Below are positions 47,055 through 58,132 of a DNA stretch of 64,000 nt, one piece after another; positions within the stretch are counted from its first letter, which is position 1, and the number at the start of each line of letters is the position of its first letter. This stretch comes from Anaeramoeba ignava BMAN (lineage: Eukaryota; Protista; Anaeramoebae). The DNA lies in NCBI GenBank assembly GCA_028826165.1, contig JAPDFW010000136.1, positions 682,001 to 746,000 on the forward strand, written 5' to 3'. The translations under genes were made by a program, and so were the position numbers. The notes under the pieces are model-generated. The model was not told where the DNA came from and searched no databases. It was given only the letters and a program-made list of their open reading frames with translations.

Positions 47055-48803
47055 ATGAATGAAATTATATTTTTTGGTTTAAATCAATATCCAGTTCTTT
47101 TAAAAAATAAACCAAATAAAATAATAAAACCAATTCAATTTAAATTTGAAAATGAAAATGAAAATGAAAATGAAAAACAAATTAAACAAATTTCATCAGG
47201 AAATTTTTCAACAATTTTCCTTTTTGAAAATGGAAAAGCAATAGAATATTTAAGAGATCCAAAACAAAATCCTCAAAAAATCCAAATTGAAGAAAATATT
47301 CAAAAAGTAACTGTTGGTCATGATGTTGAAGCTATTTTAACAAAAGAAGGAAATGTATTTGCCAAAGGATACTATATTAATCCAGATAATCCAAATCAAT
47401 TTATCAATATTTCATCATTAATTGAAGATGAAAATGATAGAATAATTCAAGATATTGTTTCTGGATATTATACAATTTACTTATTAACTTCAAATCAAAA
47501 TGCTTATGGAATTGGTTCAAATGATAATGGTCAACTTGGTTTTGGATTTCCTAGTTATACAGCTAAACCAATTTTAATGATGAAAAATGTTTCTAAAATA
47601 TTTTCAGGGAATACTTCTTTCCATGTTTTTCTTTTAAACTCAAATCAAGAATTATTTGGATGTGGTGATAACTATAAAGGTCAACTTGGATTAGGAGAAT
47701 CAAGAAAAGATGAAACAAAAATCCAAAAATTAACCAAAATCCAAAATATTCCAAAAGGCAAAATAATTGATATTCAATGTGGATGTACTTATTCAATAAT
47801 GTTGATTGAAAATGAAAATGGAAAAAGAAAACTTTATTCATGTGGAATCTATCGAGATAATGGACTTGGCCAATATGAAAATACTTGTGAATTTACTGAA
47901 ATCAAATCATCTTTATTTGAAAACGATAATATTCTTGATTTTTCTGTTGGAAATGCTCATAACTTGATTTTAACTTCCAATTCAAAATTAATAGTATTTG
48001 GAAATAATTTATATGGCCAATTAGGAACTGAAAAAGGAAATTATCAATCAATTCCAATTCAAATTGAACTTCCTAAATTAAGATTTAATGAAGATATTTC
48101 TAATTATCATATTTCTTGTGGAGAATTCAATTCATTTCTTTATTATTCTCCTCCTTCTTTTTCCAATCTTGAAGAAGATTTGATAAAATTATTTGAAAGA
48201 AAAGAATTTTGTGATATTTCATTTAAAACCAAAAATGGAGAAATAATTGAAGCTCATAAATTAATATTGAAATATAGATTAAAAAATGAAATTGAAAAAC
48301 TTCAAGAAATTATTTCAAAAAAGTCAATTAAAAAATCAAATCAAATATTTGAAATGATTTATTCAAATAGAATAATAAATCCAAAATTATATTATGAAAT
48401 TAAAGAAATTATAAATTCAAATGAAAAAATTGAAGAAACAATGAAAAGAATTTATTTAAATGAAAATGAAAATGAAAATGGAAAAGATTTTATTATTGAA
48501 AGAAAAGAAAAACAATATAAATTTCCTAAATTAATATTAATAATGAGAAGTGAATTATATCGAGGAATGTTTTTATCTGTAACTGAAGATAAATCTAATA
48601 AAGTTACAGATTATAGTGAATTAAGTAATAAATCATTTCAAATATTTGAATATTGGATTTATTCAAATCAAATTAAAGATGAAATTCAAATTACACAAGA
48701 AATAATTGATGAAATTCAAATTGGAATTGATTATTTTCAATTAAATCAAACAAATCCAAATTTAATTGATTTATTAATTAACAAATTTAATAATCAAAAT
48801 TAA
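47055..48803 (+). CDS. RCC1-repeat + BTB protein, copy 1
   Basis: GSNDNGQLG, CGDNYKGQLGLG and FGNNLYGQLG blades; C-terminal BTB-like CDISF..AHKLILKYR and KDFII..PKLILIMRSELYRGMF. Confidence 0.9.
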   Translation: MNEIIFFGLNQYPVLLKNKPNKIIKPIQFKFENENENENEKQIKQISSGNFSTIFLFENGKAIEYLRDPKQNPQKIQIEENIQKVTVGHDVEAILTKEGNVFAKGYYINPDNPNQFINISSLIEDENDRIIQDIVSGYYTIYLLTSNQNAYGIGSNDNGQLGFGFPSYTAKPILMMKNVSKIFSGNTSFHVFLLNSNQELFGCGDNYKGQLGLGESRKDETKIQKLTKIQNIPKGKIIDIQCGCTYSIMLIENENGKRKLYSCGIYRDNGLGQYENTCEFTEIKSSLFENDNILDFSVGNAHNLILTSNSKLIVFGNNLYGQLGTEKGNYQSIPIQIELPKLRFNEDISNYHISCGEFNSFLYYSPPSFSNLEEDLIKLFERKEFCDISFKTKNGEIIEAHKLILKYRLKNEIEKLQEIISKKSIKKSNQIFEMIYSNRIINPKLYYEIKEIINSNEKIEETMKRIYLNENENENGKDFIIERKEKQYKFPKLILIMRSELYRGMFLSVTEDKSNKVTDYSELSNKSFQIFEYWIYSNQIKDEIQITQEIIDEIQIGIDYFQLNQTNPNLIDLLINKFNNQN

Positions 48804-49329
48804 ATTTAATAATTAAAATCAAAATCAAAATTAAAATTAAAATTAAAATCAAAATTAAAATTAAAATCAAAATTAAAATTTAAATTTAAATTAAAATTAA
48901 AATTAAAATTAAAATTAAAATTAAAATCAAAATTAAAATCAAAATTAAAATTAAAATTAAAATTAAAATTAAAATCAAAATTAAAATTAAAATCCAAATC
49001 AAAATTATACTTGTTTTCTCTTGATTTGTTTTTTGGATTTAATGAAAATTCAATTAATAAAATAGGATATTCTTCATCTTCTATTTTTAATTTTGTTTTT
49101 AATTTAAAATTCTATTTTCAATCAAATAAAAATCTTCAAATTAATAAATAAAAAAAGAATTAAATTCTAAAACAAAATTTCAAATTAATTTTTATTTTAA
49201 ATTTTAAATCAAAAAAAATGGAAAATTGATTTTTTAAAATGATAAACAAAAATAAAAATTGGAAATAGAAATTAATAATAATTTATTTTAAATTCTTTAT
49301 TATTAGATAAATTAATAAAAAATTAAAAT

Positions 49330-49820
49330 TAATTTATTATTGAAATAATACTTTTAATTTAAAAATAATTATATTTTATTTATTAATATTTTGATTTAAT
49401 TTATATTTAAATTTTTAAATAATTTTGAATTAATATTTAATTTGAAATTAAGTTTAAAAATATATTTTTTATTATTAGATTTATTATTAAAATAATACTT
49501 TTTAATTTAAAAATAATTATATTTTATCTATTAATATTTTGATTTAATTTATATTTAATTTTTAAATAGTTTTGAATTAATATTTAATTTGGAATTAAAT
49601 TTGAAATATATTTTTATTATTAAATTTATTATTAAAATAATACTTTTTAATTTAAAAATAATTATATTTTATTAATTAATATTTTGATTTAATTTATATT
49701 TAAATTTTTAAATAGTTTTGATTTAATATTTAATTTGGAATTAAATTTAAAATATATTTTTATTATTAAATTTATTATTGAAATAATACTTTTTAATTTA
49801 AAAATAATTATATTTTATTA
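49330..49820. repeat. Intergenic minisatellite, ~146-bp unit (duplicated at ~56975-57470)
   Basis: TTATTATT(G/A)AAATAATACT recurs at ~49334, 49481, 49626 and 49772. Confidence 0.85.
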
Positions 49821-50009
49821 ATTAAAAAAAATAAATAAATAATCAAAGCTCTTACGAAAAAAAAACTTTTCTTTCAAAGATATTACGAAAAAAAGTAAAT
49901 AAAAGAAAAGAAAAATTTTTTTTTTCCATTTTTCATTCTACAAATTTTTTTTTTACTTTTTTTTACTTTTTAGATTTTAAATTTTTTCAATTTTTAAACA
50001 AACAAAAAA

Positions 50010-50483
50010 ATGTCAATTAGTAAATATCCTTCTTTATTTTCTCCTTTTTGGTTTAATCCAATTAAAGAAGATTCATTTTCAATTTTTGATAAAGATGAAC
50101 CTTTGTGGATTTCAAATTTGGAAAGAAAAACAAAATCATTTGCACAACTTGGAATAAAAGAAACAGAAAAAGAAATTCAAATTTCTGGAAAAATTCATAT
50201 TCCAAAAGAATCAATTAATATTGAATTTGATAAAGAATCAAGAATGTTATCAATTTTTGGAGAACATGAAGTAAAAAAAGAAGAGAAAGAAGATGAAAAA
50301 GAAAAAAGAGTTAGATGTGAAAGAAGTTATTCAAGTTTCAAACAATCTTTTAAACTTCCAGAATTAGCTGAAATTGAAAAATCTGATGCTTCTTTTGAAG
50401 ATGGATTTCTTTCAATAACAATTCCAAAAAAAGAAGAAGAGAAAAAAGAAGAAAAAACAAAATTATCAATTAATTTCAAATAA
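50010..50483 (+). CDS. Small heat-shock protein (HSP20/alpha-crystallin), copy 1
   Basis: ERSYSSFKQSFKLPE..DASFEDGFLSITIPK. Confidence 0.93.
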   Translation: MSISKYPSLFSPFWFNPIKEDSFSIFDKDEPLWISNLERKTKSFAQLGIKETEKEIQISGKIHIPKESINIEFDKESRMLSIFGEHEVKKEEKEDEKEKRVRCERSYSSFKQSFKLPELAEIEKSDASFEDGFLSITIPKKEEEKKEEKTKLSINFK

Positions 50484-50744
50484 TTCCAAATTAATTCCTA
50501 ATTAATTCCTTTTTTTTCAATTTTTTTGATTTTTTTCATTTTTGAAAGAATAAAAAAATTTCAAAATCCAATTTTTAATTTTTAAGTTTTAATTTAATAA
50601 ATTTATTTAAAATATAAAATATAAATTAAAATTATTTAAAATTATTATTTAAAATTATTATTAATTCTTTTATTTTTTTGAATAACAAAATCAAAAAAAA
50701 TTTAAATTTAAAAAATAAAAATTTAGAAGAGTTAGAATTAAAGA

Positions 50745-51275
50745 AATAATATAAATTAATTTAAAAATATAATTTAATATTTAATTTTATTATTAAAATA
50801 ATAATTTAATGTTTTAGATTTAAATATTTTATTATTTAAATATTTAACATATAAATATAAAAAATGAGAATAGATTTAATTTAATATTTAATTTATAAAT
50901 TAATTTAAAAATATAATTTAATATTTAATTTTATGTTTAAAATAATAATTTAATGTTTTAGATTTAAATATTTTATTATTTAAATATTTAACATAAAAAT
51001 ATAAAAATAAGAATAAATTTAATTTAATATTTAATTTATAAATTAATTTAAAAAATATAATTTAATATTTAATTTTATTATTAAAATAATAATTTATTGT
51101 TTTTAGATTTAAATATTTTATTATTTAAATATTTAACATATAAATATAAAAAATAAGAATAGATATAATTTAATATTTAATTTATAAATTAATTTAAAAA
51201 TATAATTTAATATTTAATTTTTATTATTAAAATAATAATTTAATGTTTTAGATTTAAATATTTTATTATTTAAAA
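50745..51275. repeat. Intergenic minisatellite, ~145-bp unit (longer array at ~58410-59220)
   Basis: GTTTTAGATTTAAATATTTTATT recurs at ~50811, 50955, 51099 and 51245. Confidence 0.85.
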
Positions 51276-51665
51276 ATATTTTGAAAATTGATTTTTGAAA
51301 TTAAAATTTTATCTTTTTGAATTAAATTGAATTAATATTAATTTAGAAATTTGTTTTTAAATTTAAATTTATTAATAATTTTTAAATTCCAAAAAAAAAA
51401 TTAAATTAAAAATTAAATTAAAATAATTTTCCTTTTTTTTTTAATAAAAAAAATTAATAAAAAATAATAATAATTTATTAATAAATTAATTTAAAATAAT
51501 AAATTAAAAAGAAAATTAAATTAAATATTAATTTAAATTTATTCTTATTTTTTATATTTTTATTTATTTTCAAAATTCATTTTTTTTATTTTTTTTTTTC
51601 ATTTTTTTCCTTTTTTTTAAAAAAAAAAACAAAAAACAAAACAAACACAAAAAACAAAAAACAAA

Positions 51666-53288
51666 ATGGATAATAATAATAATAACCAAATTGAAAATGC
51701 AAATCAAAATGAAAATCAAAATGCAAATCAAAATGAAAATCAAAATGAAAATGAAAATGAAAATGAAATGAAAAATTTAGAAAAAAAAGTAACAAAAAAT
51801 TTAATTAAAGATTATTCAAACCTTTTAAATGGAAATTCATTTAAAGATTTTTCAATTTTTGTTGAGAATAAATCAAATCCTTTTGAAATTAAAGTTCATA
51901 AATCAATTTTATCTTCAAGATCTCCTTTTTTTAATGAGTTTTTAAAAGGGCAAAATCATCTTAATAAGATTTTTTTAAATCAATTTAATAAAAAAGAAAT
52001 GAAATCAATTTTGAGTTATATTTATTATGGAAATATTTCTTTTGAGAATCAAGAAAATCTTATCCAATTATTGGAAATTTCAATTTATTTTAAATTAAAT
52101 TTATTGAAAGAAATTATTCAAAAAAAAATTTCAAATTCAATTAATTATTCAAATTTTTTCCAATTTTTATTCCAAAATCGAAATTTAAATTCAAATGAAA
52201 TTGAAATAAAATGTTTTGAATTAATAAATCAAAATTTTTCCCAAATTCAGAATAATGAGAATTTATTCAATTTAACTAAAGAAGAAATTATCAAATTTAT
52301 TCAATTTAAACAAGAAAAAAAAGAAATTTTTCAATTTGATTTTTTTCAATTTTTAAATAATTGGATTAAAAAAAGAGTTAAATCATTAAAATTAAGGAAA
52401 TATAAACACAAAATGAATTCAAAGAAAAGATTATTTCATTCTTTTTTTTCATTATTTGATAAAGATTCAATTTCAAAACAAGATTTTGATAAATTAAAAC
52501 AATTTCAGATTTTTCTTCCCAAATCTTTTTTCATCAAGAAACAAAAAAAATTATTCCAAGAAAATAAGAACCAAGAAAAGAAAATAAATTTGAAAAGAAA
52601 AGAAAATCACAATTTAAAGAAAGAAAATCAACAAATGAAAAAGGAAATTGAAGAGAAATGGAAGAAAGAAATTGAGAAAATGAAACCTGTTTTTGATAAA
52701 TATCGAGATCAATATCAAATGGAATTACAAAAGATTTTTTCAGATTCAGAAATTGTTACAGATATTGAATATGTTAAGAAATTACAAGAATGGATAAATG
52801 ATAATGATTTTTTTTCTAAAATGAAAAAAGGATTTTCAGCAAAAAGAGATGGATTTAATTCTCAAAATTGGCATAAAGCAGTTGATGGGAAAGGAAAAAC
52901 ATTAGTTATTATCAAAACAAAACAAAATTTTATTTTTGGAGGTTTTACTCAAGTTGGATTTAATGGAAATACAGGAGGAATTATTGATTCAAGTGCATTT
53001 ATTTTTTCATTAAGAAATGATAAAGGGGATAGAATACCTGCAAAGTTTACAATTAAACAACCTCAATATGCAATTTATTCTAAGTTAAGTTGTGGTCCAT
53101 GGTTTGGTAGTGGAAGTTATGGAGATGATTTTGTTTTAGTTTCTAATTTACAACCTGGTTATTCAAATTTTGGTTATAGTTATAATCTACCTAATGGAAT
53201 TAATTATGGAACAAATAAAGCTTATAGTTATTTAGCTGGTTCTTATGATTCATGGGTTGTTGATGAAGTTGAATCTTATTTCATTTAA
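51666..53288 (+). CDS. BTB(-BACK) + coiled coil + TLDc protein, copy 1
   Basis: KDFSIF..VHKSILSSRSPFF (BTB); FSAKRDGFNSQNWHKAVDGKGKTLVIIKT..FGGFT..VDEVESY (TLDc). Confidence 0.9.
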   Translation: MDNNNNNQIENANQNENQNANQNENQNENENENEMKNLEKKVTKNLIKDYSNLLNGNSFKDFSIFVENKSNPFEIKVHKSILSSRSPFFNEFLKGQNHLNKIFLNQFNKKEMKSILSYIYYGNISFENQENLIQLLEISIYFKLNLLKEIIQKKISNSINYSNFFQFLFQNRNLNSNEIEIKCFELINQNFSQIQNNENLFNLTKEEIIKFIQFKQEKKEIFQFDFFQFLNNWIKKRVKSLKLRKYKHKMNSKKRLFHSFFSLFDKDSISKQDFDKLKQFQIFLPKSFFIKKQKKLFQENKNQEKKINLKRKENHNLKKENQQMKKEIEEKWKKEIEKMKPVFDKYRDQYQMELQKIFSDSEIVTDIEYVKKLQEWINDNDFFSKMKKGFSAKRDGFNSQNWHKAVDGKGKTLVIIKTKQNFIFGGFTQVGFNGNTGGIIDSSAFIFSLRNDKGDRIPAKFTIKQPQYAIYSKLSCGPWFGSGSYGDDFVLVSNLQPGYSNFGYSYNLPNGINYGTNKAYSYLAGSYDSWVVDEVESYFI

Positions 53289-53929
53289 AAATTAATTAAT
53301 AATAAGAAAATCAAACTTTTTTTTTTTAATTTTTTTTTTTCAAAATTTAATTCAATTTTAATTTACTTTTAATCAAATTAATTTCTTTAAAATAATAAAT
53401 AAGAAACGAATTTAATTTTAAATAATTTAATTTTAATTTAAAATATTTATTAAAAATTTAATTAATAAAAATAATCCAAAAAAAAAATAATAAATTTTAA
53501 AAATTGAATATTTTTAATATAATAAATAAAAATAAAAATTGGAAATAGAAATTAATAATAATTAAATTTAAATTCATTAATTAAAATAATAAAATAAAAA
53601 AAATTAAATAAAATTTATTATTAATTAATATTTAAATATTAATAAATTATAATCAAAATCAAAAATAGAATAATTAGTAAATTATTTTTTTAGAAAGTTT
53701 ATCTTATTCAATCATGTTAAATTCAATTTATTTAAAATTTTTAATTTTTAATTTTATTTTTAATATATTTTATTATAATTAAAATTGGAATAATAAATAA
53801 TTAAAAATATTAATATAATAAATAAAAATATTATATCAAATTAAATTAAAATAAATTTAAATTAAATTATTATTAAATATTATTAAAATTAAATATTTAT
53901 ATTTATTAAAATATTTTAATTTTCTTCTC

Positions 53930-54350
53930 AATTTTATTTAATTATTGAGAATAATTTTATATTATTTTAAATAAAGAAATATTAATAAAATATATAAAAT
54001 AGAATTAATTTTAAATTTAATTATTTAATATTCTTTATTCCATTTTTGAAATAAATTAATTAAAAATATTTTTATTAATTTTATTAAATTATTGGGAATA
54101 ATTTTATATTATTTTAAATAAAGAAATATTAATAAAATATATAAAAATATAATTAATTCTAAATTTAATTATTTAATATTTTTTATTCCATTTTTGAAAT
54201 AAATTAATTAAAATATTTTATTAATTTTATTAAATTATTGAGAATAATTTTATATTATTTTAAATAAAGAAATGTTAATAAAATATATAAAATATAATTA
54301 ATTTTAAATTTAATTATTTAATATTCTTTATTCCATTTTTGAAATAAATT
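53930..54350. repeat. Intergenic minisatellite, ~147-bp unit (duplicated at ~62345-62780)
   Basis: G(A/G)GAATAATTTTATATTATTTTAAATAAAGAAA recurs at ~53947, 54094 and 54240. Confidence 0.85.
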
Positions 54351-54351
54351 A

Positions 54352-54676
54352 ATGAAAAGATTTTATAATTGAAAGAAAAGAAAAACAATATAAATTTCCA
54401 AAATTAATATTAATAATGAGAAGTGAATTATATCGAGGAATGTTTTTATCTGTAACAGAAGATACTTCTAATAAAGTTACAGATTATAGTGAATTAAGTA
54501 ATAAATCATTTCAAATATTTGAATATTGGATTTATTCAAATCAAATTAAAAAAGGAATTAAAATTACACAAGAAATTATTGATGAAATTCAAATTGGAAT
54601 TGATTATTTTCAATTAAATCAAACAAATCCAAATTTATTTGATTTATTAATTAATAAATTTAATAATCAAAATTAA
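54352..54676 (+). pseudogene. 5'-truncated fragment of an RCC1-BTB gene (last BTB domain only)
   Basis: KDFIIERKEKQYKFPKLILIMRSELYRGMF..FNNQN* has the same protein sequence as the copy-2 C-terminus and is fused directly to a minisatellite. Confidence 0.85.
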
Positions 54677-54831
54677 AATTAAAATTAAAATTAAAATTAA
54701 AATTTAAATTTAATAATCAAAATTAAAATCAAAATTAAAATTAAAATTAAAATTAAATTCAAAATTAAAATTAAAATTCCAAAATCATTTTTTTTCATTT
54801 TTCATTTTTTTCATTTTTTTTCTTTTCAAAA

Positions 54832-56619
54832 ATGAATGGTTGTTTATTTTTTGGTTCAAATCAATATCCAATTCTTTTCAAAAATAAACCAAATAAAATA
54901 ATAAAACCAATTCAATTTAAATTTGAAAATGAAAATGAAAATGAAAATGAAAATGAAAAACAAATTAAACAAATTAAACAAATTTCATCAGGAAATTTTT
55001 CAATAATTATCCTTTTTAAAAATGGAAAAGCAATAGAATATTTAAGAGATCCAAAACAAAATCCTGAAAAAATCCAAATTGAAAATATTCAAAAAGTAAC
55101 TGTTGGCTATCAAAATGAAGCTATTTTAACAATAGAAGGAAATGTATTTGCCAAAGGAAAAGATATTAATCCAAAAAATCTAAATAAATTTATCAATATT
55201 TCATCATTAATTGAAGATGAAAATGATAGAATAATTGAAGATATTGTTTCTGGACACAGTTCAATTTACTTATTAACTTCAAATCAAAATGTTTATGGAA
55301 TTGGTTCAAATGATAATGGTCAACTTGGTTTTGGATTTCCTAGTTATACAGCTAAACTAATTTTAATGATGAAAAATGTTTCTAAAATATTTTCAGGAAA
55401 TTCTTCATTTCATGTTTTTCTTTTAAATTCAAATCAAGAATTATTTGTATGCGGTGATAACAAATTTGGTCAACTTGGATTAGGAGAATCAATGAAAGAA
55501 AGAAAAATCAAAAAATTAACCAAAATCCAAAATATTCCAAAAGGCAAAATAATTGATATTCAAGGTGGAAATTATCATTCAATAATGTTGATTGGAAATG
55601 AAGATGAAAATGGAAAAAGAAAACTTTATTCATGTGGAAGATATTTTTATAATGGACTTGGCAAAATGTATCAAGATACTTATGAATTTACTGAAATCAA
55701 ATCATATTTATTTGAAAATGATAATATTATTGATTTTTCTGTTGGAGATAATCATACTTTGATCTTAACATGCAAACCAAAATTAATAGTATTTGGATAT
55801 AATTTATTTGGTCAATTAGGAACTGGAGATACAAAGCATCAATTAATTCCAATTCAAATTGAACTTCCTAAATTAAGATTTAATGAAGATATTTTCAATT
55901 ATCATATTTCTTGTGGAGAATTCAGATCATTTCTTTATTATTCTCCTTTCCTTTCTTCTTTTTCCAATCTTGAAGAAGATTTGATAAAATTATTTGAAAG
56001 AAAAGAATTTTGTGATATTTCATTTAAAACCAAAAATGGAGAAATAATTGAAGCTCATAAATTAATATTGAAATATAGATTAAATCAAAATCAAAATGAA
56101 ATTGAAAAACTTAAAGAAATTATTTCAAAAAAATCAATTAAAAAATCAAATCAAATATTTGAAATGATTTATTCAAATAGAATAATAAATCCAAAATTAT
56201 ATTATGAAATTAAAGAAATTATAAATTCAAATGAAAAAATTGAAGAAACAATGAAAAGAATTTATTTAAATGAAAATGAAAATGAAAATGAAAATGGAAA
56301 AGATTTTATTATTGAAAGAAAAGAAAAACAATATAAATTTCCTAAATTAATATTAATAATGAGAAGTGAATTATATCGAGGAATGTTTTTATCTGTAACT
56401 GAAGATACTTCTAATAAAGTTACAGATTATAGTGAATTAAGTAATAAATCATTTCAAATATTTGAATATTGGATTTATTCAAATCAAATTAAAAAAGGAA
56501 TTAAAATTACACAAGAAATTATTGATGAAATTCAAATTGGAATTGATTATTTTCAATTAAATCAAACAAATCCAAATTTATTTGATTTATTAATTAACAA
56601 ATTTAATAATCAAAATTAA
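54832..56619 (+). CDS. RCC1-repeat + BTB protein, copy 2
   Basis: Paralog of 47055-48803. Confidence 0.9.
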   Translation: MNGCLFFGSNQYPILFKNKPNKIIKPIQFKFENENENENENEKQIKQIKQISSGNFSIIILFKNGKAIEYLRDPKQNPEKIQIENIQKVTVGYQNEAILTIEGNVFAKGKDINPKNLNKFINISSLIEDENDRIIEDIVSGHSSIYLLTSNQNVYGIGSNDNGQLGFGFPSYTAKLILMMKNVSKIFSGNSSFHVFLLNSNQELFVCGDNKFGQLGLGESMKERKIKKLTKIQNIPKGKIIDIQGGNYHSIMLIGNEDENGKRKLYSCGRYFYNGLGKMYQDTYEFTEIKSYLFENDNIIDFSVGDNHTLILTCKPKLIVFGYNLFGQLGTGDTKHQLIPIQIELPKLRFNEDIFNYHISCGEFRSFLYYSPFLSSFSNLEEDLIKLFERKEFCDISFKTKNGEIIEAHKLILKYRLNQNQNEIEKLKEIISKKSIKKSNQIFEMIYSNRIINPKLYYEIKEIINSNEKIEETMKRIYLNENENENENGKDFIIERKEKQYKFPKLILIMRSELYRGMFLSVTEDTSNKVTDYSELSNKSFQIFEYWIYSNQIKKGIKITQEIIDEIQIGIDYFQLNQTNPNLFDLLINKFNNQN

Positions 56620-57658
56620 AATTAAAATTAAAAATTAAAATTAAAATCAAAATTATACTTGTTTTCTCTTGATTTGTTTTTTGGATTTAATGAAAATTCA
56701 ATTAATAAAATAGGATATTCTTCATCTTCTATTTTTAATTTTGTTTTTAATTTAAAATTCTATTTTCAATCAAATAAAAATCTTCAAATTAATAAATAAA
56801 AAAAGAATTAAATTCTAAAACAAAATTTCAAATTAATTTTTATTTTAAATTTTAAATCAAAAAAAATGGAAAATTGATTTTTTAAAATGATAAACAAAAA
56901 TAAAAATTGGAAATAGAAATTAATAATAATTTATTTTAAATTCTTTATTATTAGATAAATTAATAAAAAATTAAAATTATTTTATTATTGAAATAATACT
57001 TTTTAATTTAAAAATAATTATATTTTATTTATTAATATTTTGATTTAATTTATATTTAAATTTTTAAATAGTTTTTGAATTAATATTTAATTTTGAATTA
57101 AATTTAAAATATATTTTTATTATTAAATTTATTATTGAAATAATACTTTTTAATTTAAAAATAATTATATTTTATTAATTAATATTTTGATTCAATTTAT
57201 ATTTAAATTTTTAAATAATTTTGAATTAATATTTAATTTGGAATTAAATTTGAAATGTATTTTTATTATTAATTTTATTATTAAAATAATACTTTTTAAT
57301 TTAAAAATAATTATATTTTATTAATTAATATTTTGATTTAATTTATATTTAAATTTTTAAATAGTTTTGATTTAATATTTAATTTGAAATTAAATTTAAA
57401 ATATATTTTTATTATTAAATTTATTATTGAAATAATACTTTTTAATTTAAAAATAATTATATTTTATTAATTAAAAAAAATAAATAAATAATCAAGGATC
57501 TTACGAAAAAAAACTTTTCTTTCAAAGATATTACGAAAAAAAGTAAATAAAAGAAAAGAAAAATTTTTTTTTTCCATTTTTCATTCTACAAATTTTTTTT
57601 TTACTTTTTTTTTACTTTTTAAATTTTAAATTTTTTTAATTTTTAAACAAACAAAAAA

Positions 57659-58132
57659 ATGTCAATTAGTAAATATCCTTCTTTATTTTCTCCTTTTTGG
57701 TTTAATCCAATTAAAGAAGATTCATTTTCAATTTTTGATAAAGATGAACCTTTATGGATTTCAAATTTGGAAAGAAAAACAAAATCATTTGCACAACTTG
57801 GAATAAAAGAAACAGAAAAAGAAATTCAAATTTCTGGAAAAATTCATATTCCAAAAGAATCAATTAATATTGAATTTGATAAAGAATCAAGAATGTTATC
57901 AATTTTTGGAGAACATGAAGTAAAAAAAGAAGAGAAAGAAGATGAAAAAGAAAAAAGAGTTAGATGTGAAAGAAGTTATTCAAGTTTCAAACAATCTTTT
58001 AAACTTCCAGAATTAGCTGAAATTGAAAAATCTGATGCTTCTTTTGAAGATGGATTTCTTTCAATAACAATTCCAAAAAAAGAAGAAGAGAAAAAAGAAG
58101 AAAAAACAAAATTATCAATTAATTTCAAATAA
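57659..58132 (+). CDS. Small heat-shock protein (HSP20), copy 2 (protein identical to copy 1)
   Basis: Identical translation in the ORF track. Confidence 0.93.
   Translation: MSISKYPSLFSPFWFNPIKEDSFSIFDKDEPLWISNLERKTKSFAQLGIKETEKEIQISGKIHIPKESINIEFDKESRMLSIFGEHEVKKEEKEDEKEKRVRCERSYSSFKQSFKLPELAEIEKSDASFEDGFLSITIPKKEEEKKEEKTKLSINFK

Noticed and set aside
49845-49895. Heat-shock elements upstream of HSP20 (TTACGAAAA twice)
   Set aside because: No convincing alternating nGAAn/nTTCn array; conservation in the second copy is uninformative because the whole block is duplicated.
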